Source of the DNA: Trichoplax adhaerens
Taxonomy: Eukaryota > Animalia > Placozoa
Direction: 5' to 3'
DNA: 64,000 nt
Assembly: GCF_000150275.1 (NCBI RefSeq)
Contig: NW_002060951.1
Span: forward strand, 2,242,297-2,306,296
Below are positions 1 through 14,599 of this stretch, in pieces. A program made the translations under genes and the position numbers. Numbering within the stretch: position 1 is the first letter of the stretch; each line of letters starts with the position of its first letter. A model generated the notes under the pieces. That model did no database searches and was not told where the DNA came from. It saw only the letters and a list, made by a program, of their open reading frames with translations.

Positions 1-3000
1 AATCATATTTTTATATCCTTCCAATGTTACCAGTATTTGTAAGTCATAGCATTAATCCGATAGTTTCAAAGTAAAATTTTATATGGTAATAATAAAATGT
101 CTATACTGTTAACTTATCATTTATCGTATTGAAGTGCTTAGCTTAGAGTCGTTGTACTTGTAAGATTAAAGCCCCTTGGCTTGCATAAGTGCAATCTCAG
201 TATCATAAACGTACGCAGACACAATCTTTCGCGATCCTCCTTTGAGTGGACCATATTATCGTTCCGGAACTTAGCTCATGTTATGTTATGTTATATAGCA
301 CAACATGTTAAACTTTGAATCGGTACATATACGTGTAGTTTTGATATGATGATAAAACAATATAAGATTTTATTTATTTAAATTGTTATACACAGATGAA
401 ATCACCGTTTGTTAAATCTGCCATCTTGTCTTAACACATGATGTTACATACCCGTACTTTCTCTTATTGTAGCGTAAAAAACTTATCAAGACTAAAATGC
501 ATTAGAATGAAAATCCTGTAGTTTTTTCCATCTATCAACATTTGCCAAAAATGCTTGAAGTCACTCATTCATACTTTATAGAATGTAAAAAATATAAATA
601 TTTGTACTTTTTTAGGCAGATACTTAAAAATCTTTCATAGTATTTTTTAAAATTTAGATTTATATAAAATTAAAACATTTACTGTATGTCCGTCATGCTA
701 TACGGTATAAATAATTTACTTTTATTATAGAATCAAAAGTAAAATATAGCAAGATTGTGATATTTTTCAAACAAATCTGTACGACATATATATTTTACAC
801 ATATATACGATGTATGGCACATACATTTTATTGTGCGTTGATAATATAATAAAATTACTTGTTTGTTACGTAATTTGTTATGCTACTTGCTTTACAAAAC
901 ATGATAAAGGGTTCGATGAGTCGGCAAAAGTTGAATTAGTTACCGTTAAGATTAAAGTATATTATTTAGTGGAAAATAGATTTTTTTATTGTAGACTGTA
1001 ATCCCTGCAAGTATCTCTTTAATGCAGACCCAGAGCCTTATAGCCAGCATTCAATTTCATCTATTGCGGTTTATATTAATTCATATTGACTATGGGCTTT
1101 TATAATTCTTATTATAATGCGATGCTTACTCGTAGAGGAGCATGTAAGGATGTCGTGAAGTAGCGTGAGAGGTATTGACACTCTAACTATTCCAAAATTC
1201 CCAACTATCGGGAAATTGAGGTAGAAATCAGCGGCATTTATATCTGAAGATAGAACATAAATCGTAGATCTGATGCAATAAGTTAGCCAACTTTAGAGTA
1301 AAGATAGGTAGTCCTCGATAATTTATTAGATTTATTAGTAGTATACGATCTAGTTTATCTAGTAAAGTAAAATTTACTAAAAGATGTGGGTCTAAATGTT
1401 TAAGACACTTTATCACACTCGGTTAATCAATACTTTAAATGAGAAATAACATGAATAGGGTTGTGAAGCTACTAAGAAGATTGTATTATGATTATGGTTC
1501 TTATCAATCTGTATTGCAGATGTAAAACTGATTATAAGCTTATAAGAATCTGAATTAAGATGGTAATGGTTAATATATATGTAGTATGCTACGGTACATG
1601 ATATTTACAATTGGTTAAATTAGCTGATTTCTGATTTCACACAAAGCGCGAATAATGTTGAACTTCCTGATCATATAATATATCTTATGAGTTATGACAA
1701 AATGTGCTTCATACCGAATCTTTCATGCTTGTATTGCGCTCAGATACGGAAGCAGGTTATATTACAAACGTCTAATCGGTAATACTTTCATGAACAGATT
1801 GTTGATTAACATACAGTAAATAAATCGGTATGATAAATATCACAAGCAAACGCTTTTAAACTAATACGTCCTGGTCTTTATCTAATTATTTATAGCCGGT
1901 TGTGCTATAGTAAAGGATTTCAATCCTTAAGCACGACATTTGATGCTTTGTTATAAAACGATAATTCTAATTATAGATTAATTGCTACACAATGTTAATT
2001 AGAATATATTTAATTCATTTTCAAGGCATATTTAAATGTAATTGTGAAAAAAAGAAATACTAGCCATTCAAAACCCTTTTCATTTTAATTAAATCTGAGT
2101 TATCGTTCATCTACCATTATTATTTAGAATGCATTATTCTATAACTTTAAATACAGTTTTGGGAACAAATTAATGAAATGGTAATTCTATCGATATGTTA
2201 TAAATCGAAAAATGATCAACATATAGTAATAGAATGGTTGAAATAACAAAAGTGGTGCATCTTAGATAAACTGTTGTTATTTTTAAATAAGAATAACTGG
2301 TACAAACTCTCGTCGCGTACATATCGTTGCAAGATATTAATTATGTGATATTAAATCCATTAATTAATTTTCAAGCTACTTGAATATAGCTATGAATAAA
2401 GTTCTGATGTCATGTATCTATATTATTGCTTTACACGCTAGTAACTACGAGAGTAGCTTATAAATTAGTTCTGTTATTACTCAACTTGTGCTTTCACTAA
2501 TAACTTAACATGACATTATGATATGCGAACTTCACTAGCTATATTTAGGAGTATGATATAGGCTATGCTATTTCACATAGAAAACTCTTATACATACATA
2601 TTAAGAGTTACAGAACGATTACATGTAATACTAACTAATATAAATATTATACACCATCTTATTTTGCTTCACAATTATAAAACTTACTTTTACAATACTG
2701 TATATATCATCTGAAATTTACTGATCATTCAGAATCATTTATATTTACAGTGGCGCTTTTCTCTTCAAGTACAAATTCTGAAACATATCTTATAATGTCC
2801 AGTATTAAAAGGTGAATATAATCATTTCATGCTTGATAATAGCATAATTAATTATCATTGTATAACTCTTATAATTTAACAATTTTGGAACTGACCGCCA
2901 ATGCATGTATCGGTAGTTCTCGTTTATAATGATCGTCACTTATATGACTAGGACAGCAAATATTTTATGATTTATATACGGTAAAGCATAATCGCAATAT

Positions 3001-3633
3001 TGATTGATGTCAAAATTCAGTGATAACTATAAATGGAAACGCCTCTTGATAATGACAACCAATCCAAGTGTAATTGACATTGTCTTACTAGATAGAAAAT
3101 ATAAAGTTGTAGCGTACAATTCCGTACATTATTACAAGTCCGTGATTGTTATTACTAAGCCAATCAGAAATGATGGGCATGAAAACTCTTAGCAACTTTC
3201 AACGTTATTTATACAAACAAACGATAATATGCCTATTATGCACATGAATAAGTAGAACACCTTAACAAGAATCAATTTTAACTTTATAGTGAGTTTTATT
3301 CCTAGCAATTCATCGACCGTAGCACAAATCTTCAATTTTTTTCTATCCCATCTGCTTTGATAGTCAAGTGCCATCTCGATCGTATTATTAAAAAAAGTAA
3401 GCCAAATTTCCTAGAATAACGTCTTCTAAACGATACCGCTAAGTTAGCTGATGTAATTATGTGGTAGTAACTTACAATAGGTAGAATCCGTCGGTGATCG
3501 ATTCTTACTTTAAATCGCTAATACGTAAAATTGTTTTACTTAAAGCATCTTTTTAAAGGAAGAGATCGAACGCTCTACATAACTCCGATTTTCTTAATGG
3601 TAAACTATTGAATTGATTAATCTAAAGAAGACG

Positions 3634-6600
3634 ATGGCGAGCACCGATATACCAAGATCTCCATTTAATTTAAATGAACACTATCCGGTAGTTCCACAGC
3701 GATTTATTCGTGTCTTATATGGAAGTAAGTTGAAATTTGTTTTAATTTTCCCTGTGATAACAATTTAGTTCCAAATACTATATCTATGTAATGCGTACTT
3801 CTTCAAAATTTACTATCAGAATTTTTTAATTCGTAAAATGATCATTAACTTACATTCTCCCGAGACCCTATACCTATTCCTTCTATCTTAGCCCATGCAC
3901 TGATAAATGATTAGCTGTGACTTTTTATCAGACTCCTTTCGTATAAACGTATTCACAGTAAATTTACGTTCTATTTAAAATTGTTTTAAGATTTCACGCT
4001 AAAGTAACCAACAAGTATACGTAAGTAGTACGGAATTCATTTATTTTCATTATATAATTTAGGAAACTGACTACAAAGTTAAGGCAAATTATGTTTCTTT
4101 AATTAATTACCATAATTACTTCGCTGGTTATTTAAAATAAAGATTCCGCTCGTTTGCAGGATTTTATATCATTATATGAAAGTATTAAAACTATATCAAG
4201 TCTGAGTTATTGATTGACAAAACTGCTAAAAGCAAATTCCTTGTCGTATAATAATATCCATTTTTGGTTCTAAATGAATATTTTTAAGGTTACAAGCTTT
4301 TATCCCTAGAGAAGGATATAGCTTCCTTACGTAATTGCACCTTACATCTGTGTTAAATAGTAAAGAGTTCTGCATTAAAAAGCTATTAATTATAAGATAT
4401 TCTTTAATATTGTAATTATTAATCGATAGTTAATTAACTCTATTACATACGTATTAAAATCACTGCTTCAGAAAAATAGCGACCTAAATGAAGTCATTAT
4501 TTAAGAAAATAGATCCTGTAATATCTTTCCTTGCTTCACAGCTTGATCTTTAATTATACTAATACGAGGCTCCTCCAAGCTATCGATATCTTCACCAATA
4601 ATGAAAATTAAACTGTTTTCTCACCTAAGCTAATTATTGCAATTCTCGATTAAAAATTATCATTTATTCCGTCTACTTTTCGAATCTTAAACAATTTTTT
4701 CTACGTACTACCAAAGTAATACGAGTGAAGTTTCATTAAATTGTAATCTTAGCCGAGAACCAATTTTGATCTTGATCCTTTCCAGTATTATTGCATCGAC
4801 CTGCCTATACACATTCTTAATAAAGATGATGTAAATATCTTCATGGTATTATTTTAATGAAGCTGGTAGTGAATATTCTTACCAGAAATTTTTATAATGC
4901 ACCGTTTAAGTATTTACGCTTTATGGTTTATAAGTACAAAGTAAAAAATGAATGACATTTTCCTTCTCTTGTCTAACATTTAATAACGTAGATGATATTT
5001 TTTTCTACCTCCTGGTTATATGACTGTAAAGCAGTAATATTAGGTTGATTCTCACTTCTTTATTAGTCTATCCTTATTAAAATGAAGAAGTCTGTGCCTA
5101 TTATTGAATTTAAATTCTTAAATAGGATGAACGGATACCGGTACTAAAGCTCTTGCTGTCGCTTGATTTAATTTTTGGGTAGTTTTTCCTTGCACGAACG
5201 TTACATATCAGCGTATATTAATAAATAGTATATTTCCTATGCATACTTGATTTATCTAGAGATTATCTTAAGGACATGCCATGTTAAATGCATCAGCTTT
5301 AAATTTAAGTTAGTTTTCATCGAATATAAACTTTCATACCTAAGCCAACACATTCATGACTAAATTTTCTCAAATACAGTAGTTCACGTTGTTATAATAT
5401 TTATTTGATTTACTTAAGACTGGAGTTGTACGAGCATTCCTGTAAATCAATTTTAAGTTTTAGAGTAGAGTTTATCTGTTACTATACTTATGCGCTTTTG
5501 TGCATATTTTCAGAAATTAAATTTACTGTATGAGTAGGAAGGAAATAGAAGTAAAAAATTTTTAGCTCTGTAACTTCATCATGACCTGATTAGTCTAATT
5601 ATTTCAGCTTCGATATTTCCAATGCTGCAACAGAAAACGTTTTGCACTATCGCGGATTTAATAAATTCTATTAATATCTCCATAACAGATAATCAAGAAA
5701 TTATTTCCAACCCTTACTGCTTGGTGCGAATTCTCCTTGAAAGTATTAAACGACGATGCGAATGTGGAAGAGAAGGTAAATTCATTTATTGATAGCTCCA
5801 ATATCTAACCTGTTTTTAGACCTTAGACTATTTTAACCATGCACACTCATGTAGAAGTCTAGGTAAAGTCTTACAGCTACGACTATTCAGTTATAATTAA
5901 ATAATCTATTCGAAGAAATAACGATCCTTGGGATACTTGAATACCCGAGATTTCAGAGTTTCACCATACAGTACAATAAATGAAGTTTATCCATCATAGC
6001 ACTCATAAAAATACTAGATTATAGTACTCTATATCTTACTTTAGGGGCCTAAATTACAGTAGTTGAATACCATCATGAGAAAATGATTTAGAGTTATTTA
6101 AAATCTTGCTACTTTAACATGATCCTATTGTTTAATATATGCTACAGAAATGATTGATTTAGCTGACGATAATGGCAATCTAATAAACCTGTACATGTAT
6201 GATAATCACTACGCCAACGAATATCTTAAAGATAGCTCGGCATATGTCCTCATTGGCATAAATGGTATGTTTTATGATCTACCAATTAAGTCAACTAGTA
6301 CCATATAAGTAACTTACTTAATCAATACTAGCAACTAGCCATTGGCTTAGCGTGATCGGTTGTTTTTACAGACTGGTTTGTACTTATTTTCATCTATTAT
6401 TCTTGTACTATGATAGAAAGCGGATCAAATCGACAATATACAAGCCTTCTCAATGAACCTAGCTCAGCAATCGAAGGTAACAAGTTATATTATAAAGTAT
6501 CCTCAGAGAAACTTAGTAGTCAAGATTAATCGTCAATAAAGACCTTTATATTACTACTACGCCAACTAGATGGAACTATAAATTTTATCTTATTACAACT

Positions 6601-6825
6601 GATGATTAATCTCGTATTTGACTTTTAGCTATGCTGTTTGATCTAAATTCTGCGGTAAATGAAAAAGTATCATCAGAAAATCCCCAAATTATCGATTTAA
6701 AGTCACGACAATCAAGAAAACTTAATCCACAGCCGTCACATAAGAAACAGCTTCGAACTGTAATTGGTACACCTGATACTAATCGAACCAAGAAATTCAA
6801 TTTTAAGAAAACGACCAGAAAATAA
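3634..6825 (+). CDS. CXorf65/C22orf15-family protein, 5 exons, about 183 aa
   Basis: Exons 3634-3724, 5689-5775, 6148-6264, 6417-6476 and 6629-6825 join in phase through GT-AG introns. The product reads ...FIRVLYGNNQEIISNPYCLVRILLESIKRRC...EMIDLADDNG...YANEYLKDSSAYVL...YTSLLNEP plus a basic tail. This matches the CXorf65 pattern MFIFIKHGDNQQFLVNTNC...IDLCEQTG...YASKYL. Confidence 0.8.
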
Positions 6826-7530
6826 CTTTAGTTACATTTCTTTGCAGTTACAGAAATCGATTTTTATTTGGCTAATACATATCCTTAGCAAGTAAATTAC
6901 ATATTATCATTATCAATATTCCTTTGTTTCTTATCATACTCTAATAATAACCTAGAAATATCTCAAAGTAACATTTAGTAAATATCACAAGAGATTTGTT
7001 GAAAAAGTTGAAAAGGTGTCTGAGGTATCTTCATTTGTTACATCTGTCTGTGCTGAGACAACAAGGCTCCATTAAAAGTTCTATGATTTATAATACAGTA
7101 TAATGTATATTATTATGAGCAAACAGAACTCGTGTTGAATAACAAGCGAATTTAACTAGACTTATTATGACTATAGCTAATAGAATCCAGATCATTACTC
7201 GTCAATTTGCAGATTATAAAATCACATTTGGATAAAATAGACATCGATTTGTATCACATTGTTTTAACTCATATGAAATCAAAAAGTCAAGATATCTTCC
7301 GAGATTACTTTGCCATATTGTAAATTTCCGATCTTGGATATTAATACAGCCTCCTAACAATTGATATCTCAATCTACGGAAAATTTTTCTTTCTATGTAT
7401 AAAATTTTAATTAGATAACTATTTACAGTAGTGCTGATAAAATAAAATCTATTTAACATTTTTTTAATTAAATTATGCTACCGCTAGAAATCCTGTTTTA
7501 ATCTATTCTAAACGTTGAGTAACTTAAGAG

Positions 7531-10519
7531 TTAGCATTTGTTCTTTTTTTCCTTCTTCTTTTTCTCTAATTTTTTCTTTTTTGACTTTTTGTCGTGCTTA
7601 ATCTTTTTCCTTTTATGAGCTAAGCATATCCATTCAAAAAAGTACGGTAACATATTTAAATGTCGAATGCTAGTCATGGTTTATAATAAGCAATTACGTG
7701 TAAATTAAAATTAAGATTTATTACCTATTGCTGTTTAAAATATCGATTCAGCATAAAATTATCGCACAAACCTTCACGGCTAATAATCTCAGCGAAGTCA
7801 TTTGAACCATTTTCAGAATTCGATAACTCCTGTAGATATTGAAAAATTCTGCATTTAGTACATTTCATAAAATTATAAGTTAACACAAAGGTCGAAAAGT
7901 AGCAAAATTTAGTTTTACTATAGAACCTTATCAGGACCAGCTATATGAATTGCGCTTTGGCTAAGTATTCTATCGCCGGATACAACAACTGCTTTCAGTT
8001 TGATAATTTCCTCGGAATCGTCACTAAGAGATGATGGACAAAGAATTATTACATTGGATGACTAGTTCAGAAATTTTTTATAGTAAGAACAATCAGTAGT
8101 GAAATGAGGCAAAAATCATTTTATCTACTGTAGGTATACAGATTCATTCAGAATCATTACCTAGAGTTGAAATCTTCCGTGCTGAATTTTTGACTGCTAA
8201 GTCGTTTCTTGCGAATAGGTTTTCTATTGCTAACGTTCAACGCGTCGCTTTCGTTCAACTTTACCTCTGAATTCTTAAACAAATAAATACCTAGCAATAA
8301 TAATTAATTTATTTGCATGAGTCGTATACTCATATATAATCCAGTGACTGTGGCAAATCCTAAAAAGTGTATGTTCAGGAGGACGCAGATACCAAGACGG
8401 ATTATCTGTAATTGATGTTAAACTCCTTCACATACCTTCATTGGAACCTTCGTCTTGACTTGTTTTTAGGTCCGGATTTGATACTATTTACAAATTAAAC
8501 CAAAATTAGAAAAGAAATTTAATCATTTTCTGCTGTGGAGCTATCAATTACATGAAATACTGGTATATCCGATTCAATAGATATGTTATCGTAACTTTGA
8601 ATCTCTTTTAGGTGGAGCATGCACGAAGTTCTATCCGAGCTCATAACAAAAATAACTTCTTTGACACTTCTTTCTACCGTAACTCTATTTTATCTTAATA
8701 TTGCGGTAGCATCCCTGCAATACTGATAACATTTTAATATTAAAGAAGACTATGCATGGCATGCTAGCTTACATTAACGCAAATGAATATTTATCAGGTG
8801 TACTTAAAAAGAGAATTTGAAATATTTGAAATATTACCAAATACGAAGAATAGTCGTATACTTTGAAGTAAGCTTTATTTTATTATAAGTCTAAAGCATA
8901 GTATGAGCTTTAGTGCTGTACACGTTCACTTTCAAAAGTGTGCATACGTGTATATACGTATCATAAACATATCCGAACCTATCACACGCGTTCTGTATCG
9001 TATTGTACGTATGGCAGTGTTCTACTTTTGGTTAGACTGAAGGTTCGGGACCTGATCGGGTCCTATGCCTATACTGTACTGCATATATCAATTTAATACT
9101 ATAGTATAACATGCATGAGTAATTGAACGATAGTTATTGGGTTACGATAATGATATGTTCGGCAATAAATATTAGCACATATATATAGGTTTCAACTTTT
9201 ATACGTATACTAAACGTTCAATCAGCCATACGTGTGTAGCATCAATTGCCGTTGTATTTATATACTATATCATATATCATATCTAACCTTTGAAATCATA
9301 ATTGGCTTCGAAATACCTAAAAAGTAAAAAAAGTTTTCAAATAATTATTTTAATATCCCGCATTTGTTGCGTAACAATACTATGATTTTGCTTTATTATC
9401 TAAGAAATTTTCATCTTTTATGCGAAAGACGTTAATTTAATACCATTCCTCGCATTACTAACGGCATAGCAATGTTCAGTGCCTTACTGTACAAACCCGT
9501 CTAATAATTTGGCAACATGATCCTGCAATCCTCGGCTAGCATCTAGTTGCCAGGCATGATGACTAGATTGTGATTTATCAGTGTTCCTGCATGATATACC
9601 CAGTATGTATGGATAAATTAATATTAGGTATCAGTTTGTATTTTTTTAAATCTTGCTTTCTACAGTATATTTATTAAGCGATATTACATAATCTCTAGTT
9701 CCTATATCTTTCTAATTTTCTCCATGAGCACAATATCATTTAATCTAGAGCGTAGCAAAGTAGTAGGACTGACAATTATCGTTATCTAGATTAATTAATT
9801 TATTTATTTATTACCCTATTCTCAACATGATAGCATATTTATAGGTGCAGTTTGACATAAAATTGGTTTACATGTTTTTCACCTACTTTTTACGTCGGTT
9901 ACTAGATATTTCATTTTCTCTCTTGATTTCAGTTCCTACATAAAAAAAGGAGTTCAACATTTCAATACGAGCGATTGCAAAAATGGTATAATGATCTTAA
10001 TAGTACCATACGAGTACAAATAAATGCTCAGTACCTATATACACTATTATACAGTATATCGATAACATACTTAGCAACAATTTAACTATAATTAATAGTT
10101 TATGATTGATAGCTATAGCAATACGCGATACTGTTAAAATGTAATCAGTTTACTTGTCATTACTGTACTATTCAAGAGTTTAACAGGTTGCAAGAGTTAA
10201 CTCAAGACTATTTCTTGATGTGAATTTTATGAACATTAGAAATGAAGCTTTAATCATGGACTGCTAGATGTACCATTCTTTTTCTATACAGTACTATTTA
10301 TGCGTAATACAATCTAGGCATATATACACACATATACAAATAAAGATCATTTTACAGTACACTTGCAAAACAGCAATGAGAGCTTCTGCAGTTCTGCACA
10401 ATTCAAGTGTCTCATTGCTTACCGTCCGGTAGACTTATGCACGCTTCTTGGAGTTTTGCTAGCTCTTCTCCGTTATCATCGGAAGTATCCGTTTCAGAAA
10501 AGTTATATGCTGAGGTCAT
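7531..10519 (-). CDS. CUSTOS: Protein CUSTOS (C12orf43) homolog, about 9 exons
   Basis: The minus-strand exons splice to MTSAYNFSETDTSDDNGEELAKLQEAC...LQDHVAKLLDGYFE...EGIYLF...RKKRLSS...SSDDSEEIIKLKAVVVSGDRILSQSAIH and a Lys-rich tail ending KKNKC*. The motif order matches human CUSTOS (EELERCREAA; HVAKKL; GFRLF; SEDSDEE..AVSASDILQESAIH; K-rich end). This gene is absent from the ORF track because its exons are short. Confidence 0.85.
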
Positions 10520-10677
10520 GATGACAACGTAAACACACCGGGTAGCTTCTGTTGTTGCGTATTAGTTACCTAATAATGTACCGGGCATCATGATTTCATG
10601 ATTGCTGTTCAATTCTCATATGCAAAGAGAGCAATAGGTTAATGATTCCTTTTCGCTAACTTCTTATTTATTCTCTT

Positions 10678-10792
10678 GCTGTACTGTACAGTACTGAGCG
10701 TACAGTACAATGCAGTGTAGTACTGTACAGTAGTCCGTGCAGTAGTGGACAGCGTAATCAGAAGACTTTTAACCGTACTGTACACTGTACAG
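10678..10792. repeat. TACAG/TACTG mixed array in the CUSTOS/FAXC-1 divergent promoter
   Basis: gtactgtacagtactg...tactgtacagtag...gtactgtacactgtacag lies between the ATGs at 10519(-) and 10884(+). Confidence 0.85.
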
Positions 10793-10883
10793 GTTAGGAT
10801 TTCCTTTAAATCCTTTTTTTAAAGGCGTTGCAGCTTTTAATTTGTTCTCAAAATATAGCTTTTTAAGGTGTTATTTTCCCGAC

Positions 10884-12109
10884 ATGGTGTTTCAGTTATC
10901 CAGCGTTGCACAATATGTATATGCCCGACCTTATAAAACAACCGCTTTGGTGGCTTTCTGCCTCGGTGGATGTTTTTATTTAACAAAACGCAGAAATAGT
11001 AAATCTTTCCCTAAAAGTGCCCTTGCAAAACCTGGTTTGGTAGTTCTGCATGGTTTTGGACCGACAAAGACTGTCGTCAGTTCATCCCCTTTTGTCCTTA
11101 AGCTACAAACTTTTCTACGAATGGCGAATATTAAATACGTTCATGACCCGAAGAATCATTTTGGTCGTAAAGGCAAAATGCCATGGATTGAACTGGACGG
11201 GAAAGATTATTGCGACTCCACATTTATCATCGAATTTTTAAGAGAAAGATTTAATTTAAAAATTGACAATAATCTTAATGAACAACAACAGTCGTTGGCC
11301 CGTGTTATACAGAAGACTATCGAAGAAAATACATTATGGTAAGTAATGGTAATCATAAAGTTCATGTACCTATATGATAATTTGAGTTATAGCTATATTT
11401 GCGTATGCTAATGATAGAATCACTGTATACTAAATTGAGAAAACTTCCATGTTTCCTGTACTTCCTGAGCTAATTCTTTATCTACAGAAATGATTGATGA
11501 AGTCTAGGAATTATTTTTATTGTGATACAGTGGGAAAATATGCGTATACGCGTATATCAATTTATTACTCTCTATGGTTCCATTAGCTAATTATGTGCTA
11601 CATATAAATACCATAATTTCTCTAATTGAAGATATAGAGGCGTAATAGCTATTCACGAACTCATTCTCACTCTATCGTATTAATGCACTATTAGGGCAAT
11701 GATTGCATATCCTCGTTTTGTTGAAGATTTTGAATGGTTTAGACAAACGAGCGATTTACCCTGGATTGTAGGTATTGCTTTTCGGATAGCAATCATTCCT
11801 TCTATTAAGAAAAGTATGAATAGGCACGGAATCGGTAGACATTCACCTGAAGAAATTAGACACATTGCTAAAGGTGATGTTAAAGCCTTGTCGAACCTCC
11901 TTAACGACAAAAAGTACTTTCTTGGCGATGAACCTTCTACAATCGATGCTGTAGTGTTTGGCTTTTTAGCTAATGTCCTTTGTGGTTTACGGAATGGAAG
12001 CTGGCCGAATCAGATGATTAAGAAGGAAGCACCCAATCTAGTAGCTTTCTTCGAACGTATGAAGGAAAAATATTGGCCAGACTGGGATCAACTAATTGAA
12101 AAAGCATAG
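10884..12109 (+). CDS. FAXC: Failed axon connections homolog (FAXC/metaxin-like GST), paralog 1, about 289 aa
   Basis: Exons 10884-11338 and 11695-12109, with a phase-2 intron inside the W codon of EENTLW. It has an N-terminal hydrophobic anchor, SPFVLKLQTFLR, GKMPWIELDG..DSTFII, GIGRHS, FLGDEPSTIDAVVFGFL and a C-terminal YWPDW. Confidence 0.9.
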
Positions 12110-14599
12110 AGTTCTTGTAGATAGGGTGCTTGGTCTTAGATAAATAATACCAACCCATGCGAATAAGTGCAAATTAATTTAGGAGAATTTGCAGAGCTCC
12201 AACACAGTAATACAAGCAATCTGGATTTCAGATTCAAGTTAACCGCGAGTGAACTATTTCATGTTGACATATTGAGATTAGGGTTACAGAATTTTGTATG
12301 CAGTATCAGATGCTTTATCGCCTCCAGTTCGAACACTGTTACTAAACGAATTACTGAGAGTCTTATCCATTGTCGAATTTAAAGTTCATACATTATTAAG
12401 CTTAAGCATAGATATTTAGTACAATAGCTATAAATTGCTGACCTTCACAGCTACTGTGTAATTAACAAATCGTGCTTTATGCTAGCATTTAACATAATAA
12501 ACAAACTAACCTTTTTATGGCTCAATTCAGCAAGAAACTATGTACTACTGTACTGCCTAACTTTACCTTCCTTTTGCTGATCAAGTATTAATAATCGAAA
12601 TTTGTGACGTGAAAATACGCGATAAAGAGGCTTGCAATTTATACTAGTCAAAATCTTTTATTCTGTGACTCTACTCTCAGCTCTACTGTTATACTCTCTA
12701 TATTAATATTATTATAACGTCAAGTTGCTTGCTTTTAGTAATATTTGGTTCGTTTTTATCTAGAAGGGACGATTATAGTGTAAACTATTAATATTGCTAC
12801 TTGCTTTTTAAAAAAACATGCAAGATGCTCTGTAGTAGTATTCATACCGTATTAAAATTAAAATTTAAGAATTCGTTGTTCGTTATAATGATGAACTGAT
12901 TCTACTGTAAAACGTTCTAATGATAGACGGTTTATGCCGATACTATCCTTTCATTTCATTTCATTGAATTTGAATTGTACGAGTATATACAGTACATGCA
13001 AATATAGCAATTGGATTTTTATAATATTTTTGCAATTGTCATAATCATATTTTCAAGTTAAGGAGTCACTAATGGTGTTTAGATGTAGGCTATGAACGTT
13101 TTTAAAATTCTACAAATCAAATTTTAAAATATAGTAATGTTATAGTAGGATTACTTAGCTTGAAATTGAACCAGGCTGTGGACTGTAGAAATAGCACGAG
13201 ACTCCAACCAATAATCAATATATATATGTATTACACAAATAAATAAACAGGGAGAAATTTTAATCAGAAATAACATTTACGAGTTCGAATAGGCTTTTCT
13301 ATTATCCTTTCTATATTTTATTTTGAGTTACCTAACATACAGTACAATCCTTAGCAGTTGCAAAGCAGTCAGCTACCTTTACTTAACTACAGTTTATCAA
13401 CTAAGCTTAAGTACAGCATAAATTTACTTGTAGTAAAAAAAATTACAGTTAATGCTTATGGAAAGGGATTAGAAAGACTTCGTCTGTCAAATTACTTAAA
13501 ATAACGTACTTGAGTTTGTAGCATGCTTTTACTACAGGCATTTTATGTAACGTTATGTGGAGATTATTTTCGCAGTAATTACTCATACATGCGAGGTTTA
13601 CATTAATATACATAAAAATAGTTTCGTTGCAATTAAATTAGACTTTATTATGCACACTAGTAATAATGGCAAAAGTGTTTACTTGAACGATCACTTTGAA
13701 ATCTCCAACTAAAGCAGGAGGAAGCACCACCTTATTTAAACTTTAAGAAACAAGTTATAAGCTCACTTTAAAAGAACTACTGCCTCAACTAACTAAACTA
13801 TCAAAAAAATTTGCTCACAGTATTCTGAGCTTCTTTATATTTCCTACCTTGAACTAAAACTTGAATTACTTTACTACAGAACTACGCCACTTTTTATATG
13901 CTACGCAGAGCAGTTAGTGGTACCAGATTATCAAATTGTCATTTTAAAGCATTGTAAATAAAACTAGCAATTAAACACATCATCAGATAAATTGCATTCT
14001 AGATTCCCGAAATAGCAAAGCGACGTGTTGTAGGACTAGTATTACTAAATTAATAATGATCGTAACTTAACTACAAACTGCATCTTTCTACGGTATATAA
14101 AGAAGTGTAACTATAAAAAAAGTATGAAATTACTATCTAACATCGTATGACTTTTAACAAAAATATGCCATAGAAAATGCGTAAGTTCTAACCTGAATAA
14201 AGGAGTCAGATTTACAATATACTACTATATCAAGTAAAAGCTACAATAGTTAAGCCAAATTAAGCTATTTTTAAGGTTGCAATACTTATTAAAATACAAA
14301 AACTTGAAAGAGAATTCTAAAAATTAACCTTCCTTATATAGTGAAAAAAAATCCTCTGAAATATTAAGGTTCACCAGCCATCGGCCTATACAATTTTTTA
14401 ACTAAATTAATGTGACTGCATTATATACAATATAATATTGTACATGCATGCTACGTAATCTTCTAACTCCATTGAATGCAACAAATCGCAGTAGGCTTAT
14501 GATGATTAATTATTCAGGTACCATCGAGTCTTTATCGTTTTTATTTTATGAAACCTACACAATAATGAAATTGCAGTTGAAAGTGATACCGGTAGAATA

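Noticed and set aside
10842-10883. ORF-track N-terminal extensions from TTG/GTG starts (also 37321 and 48772)
   Set aside because: These are eukaryotic genes. The first in-frame ATGs (10884, 37297, 48862) fit paralog or ortholog lengths better.
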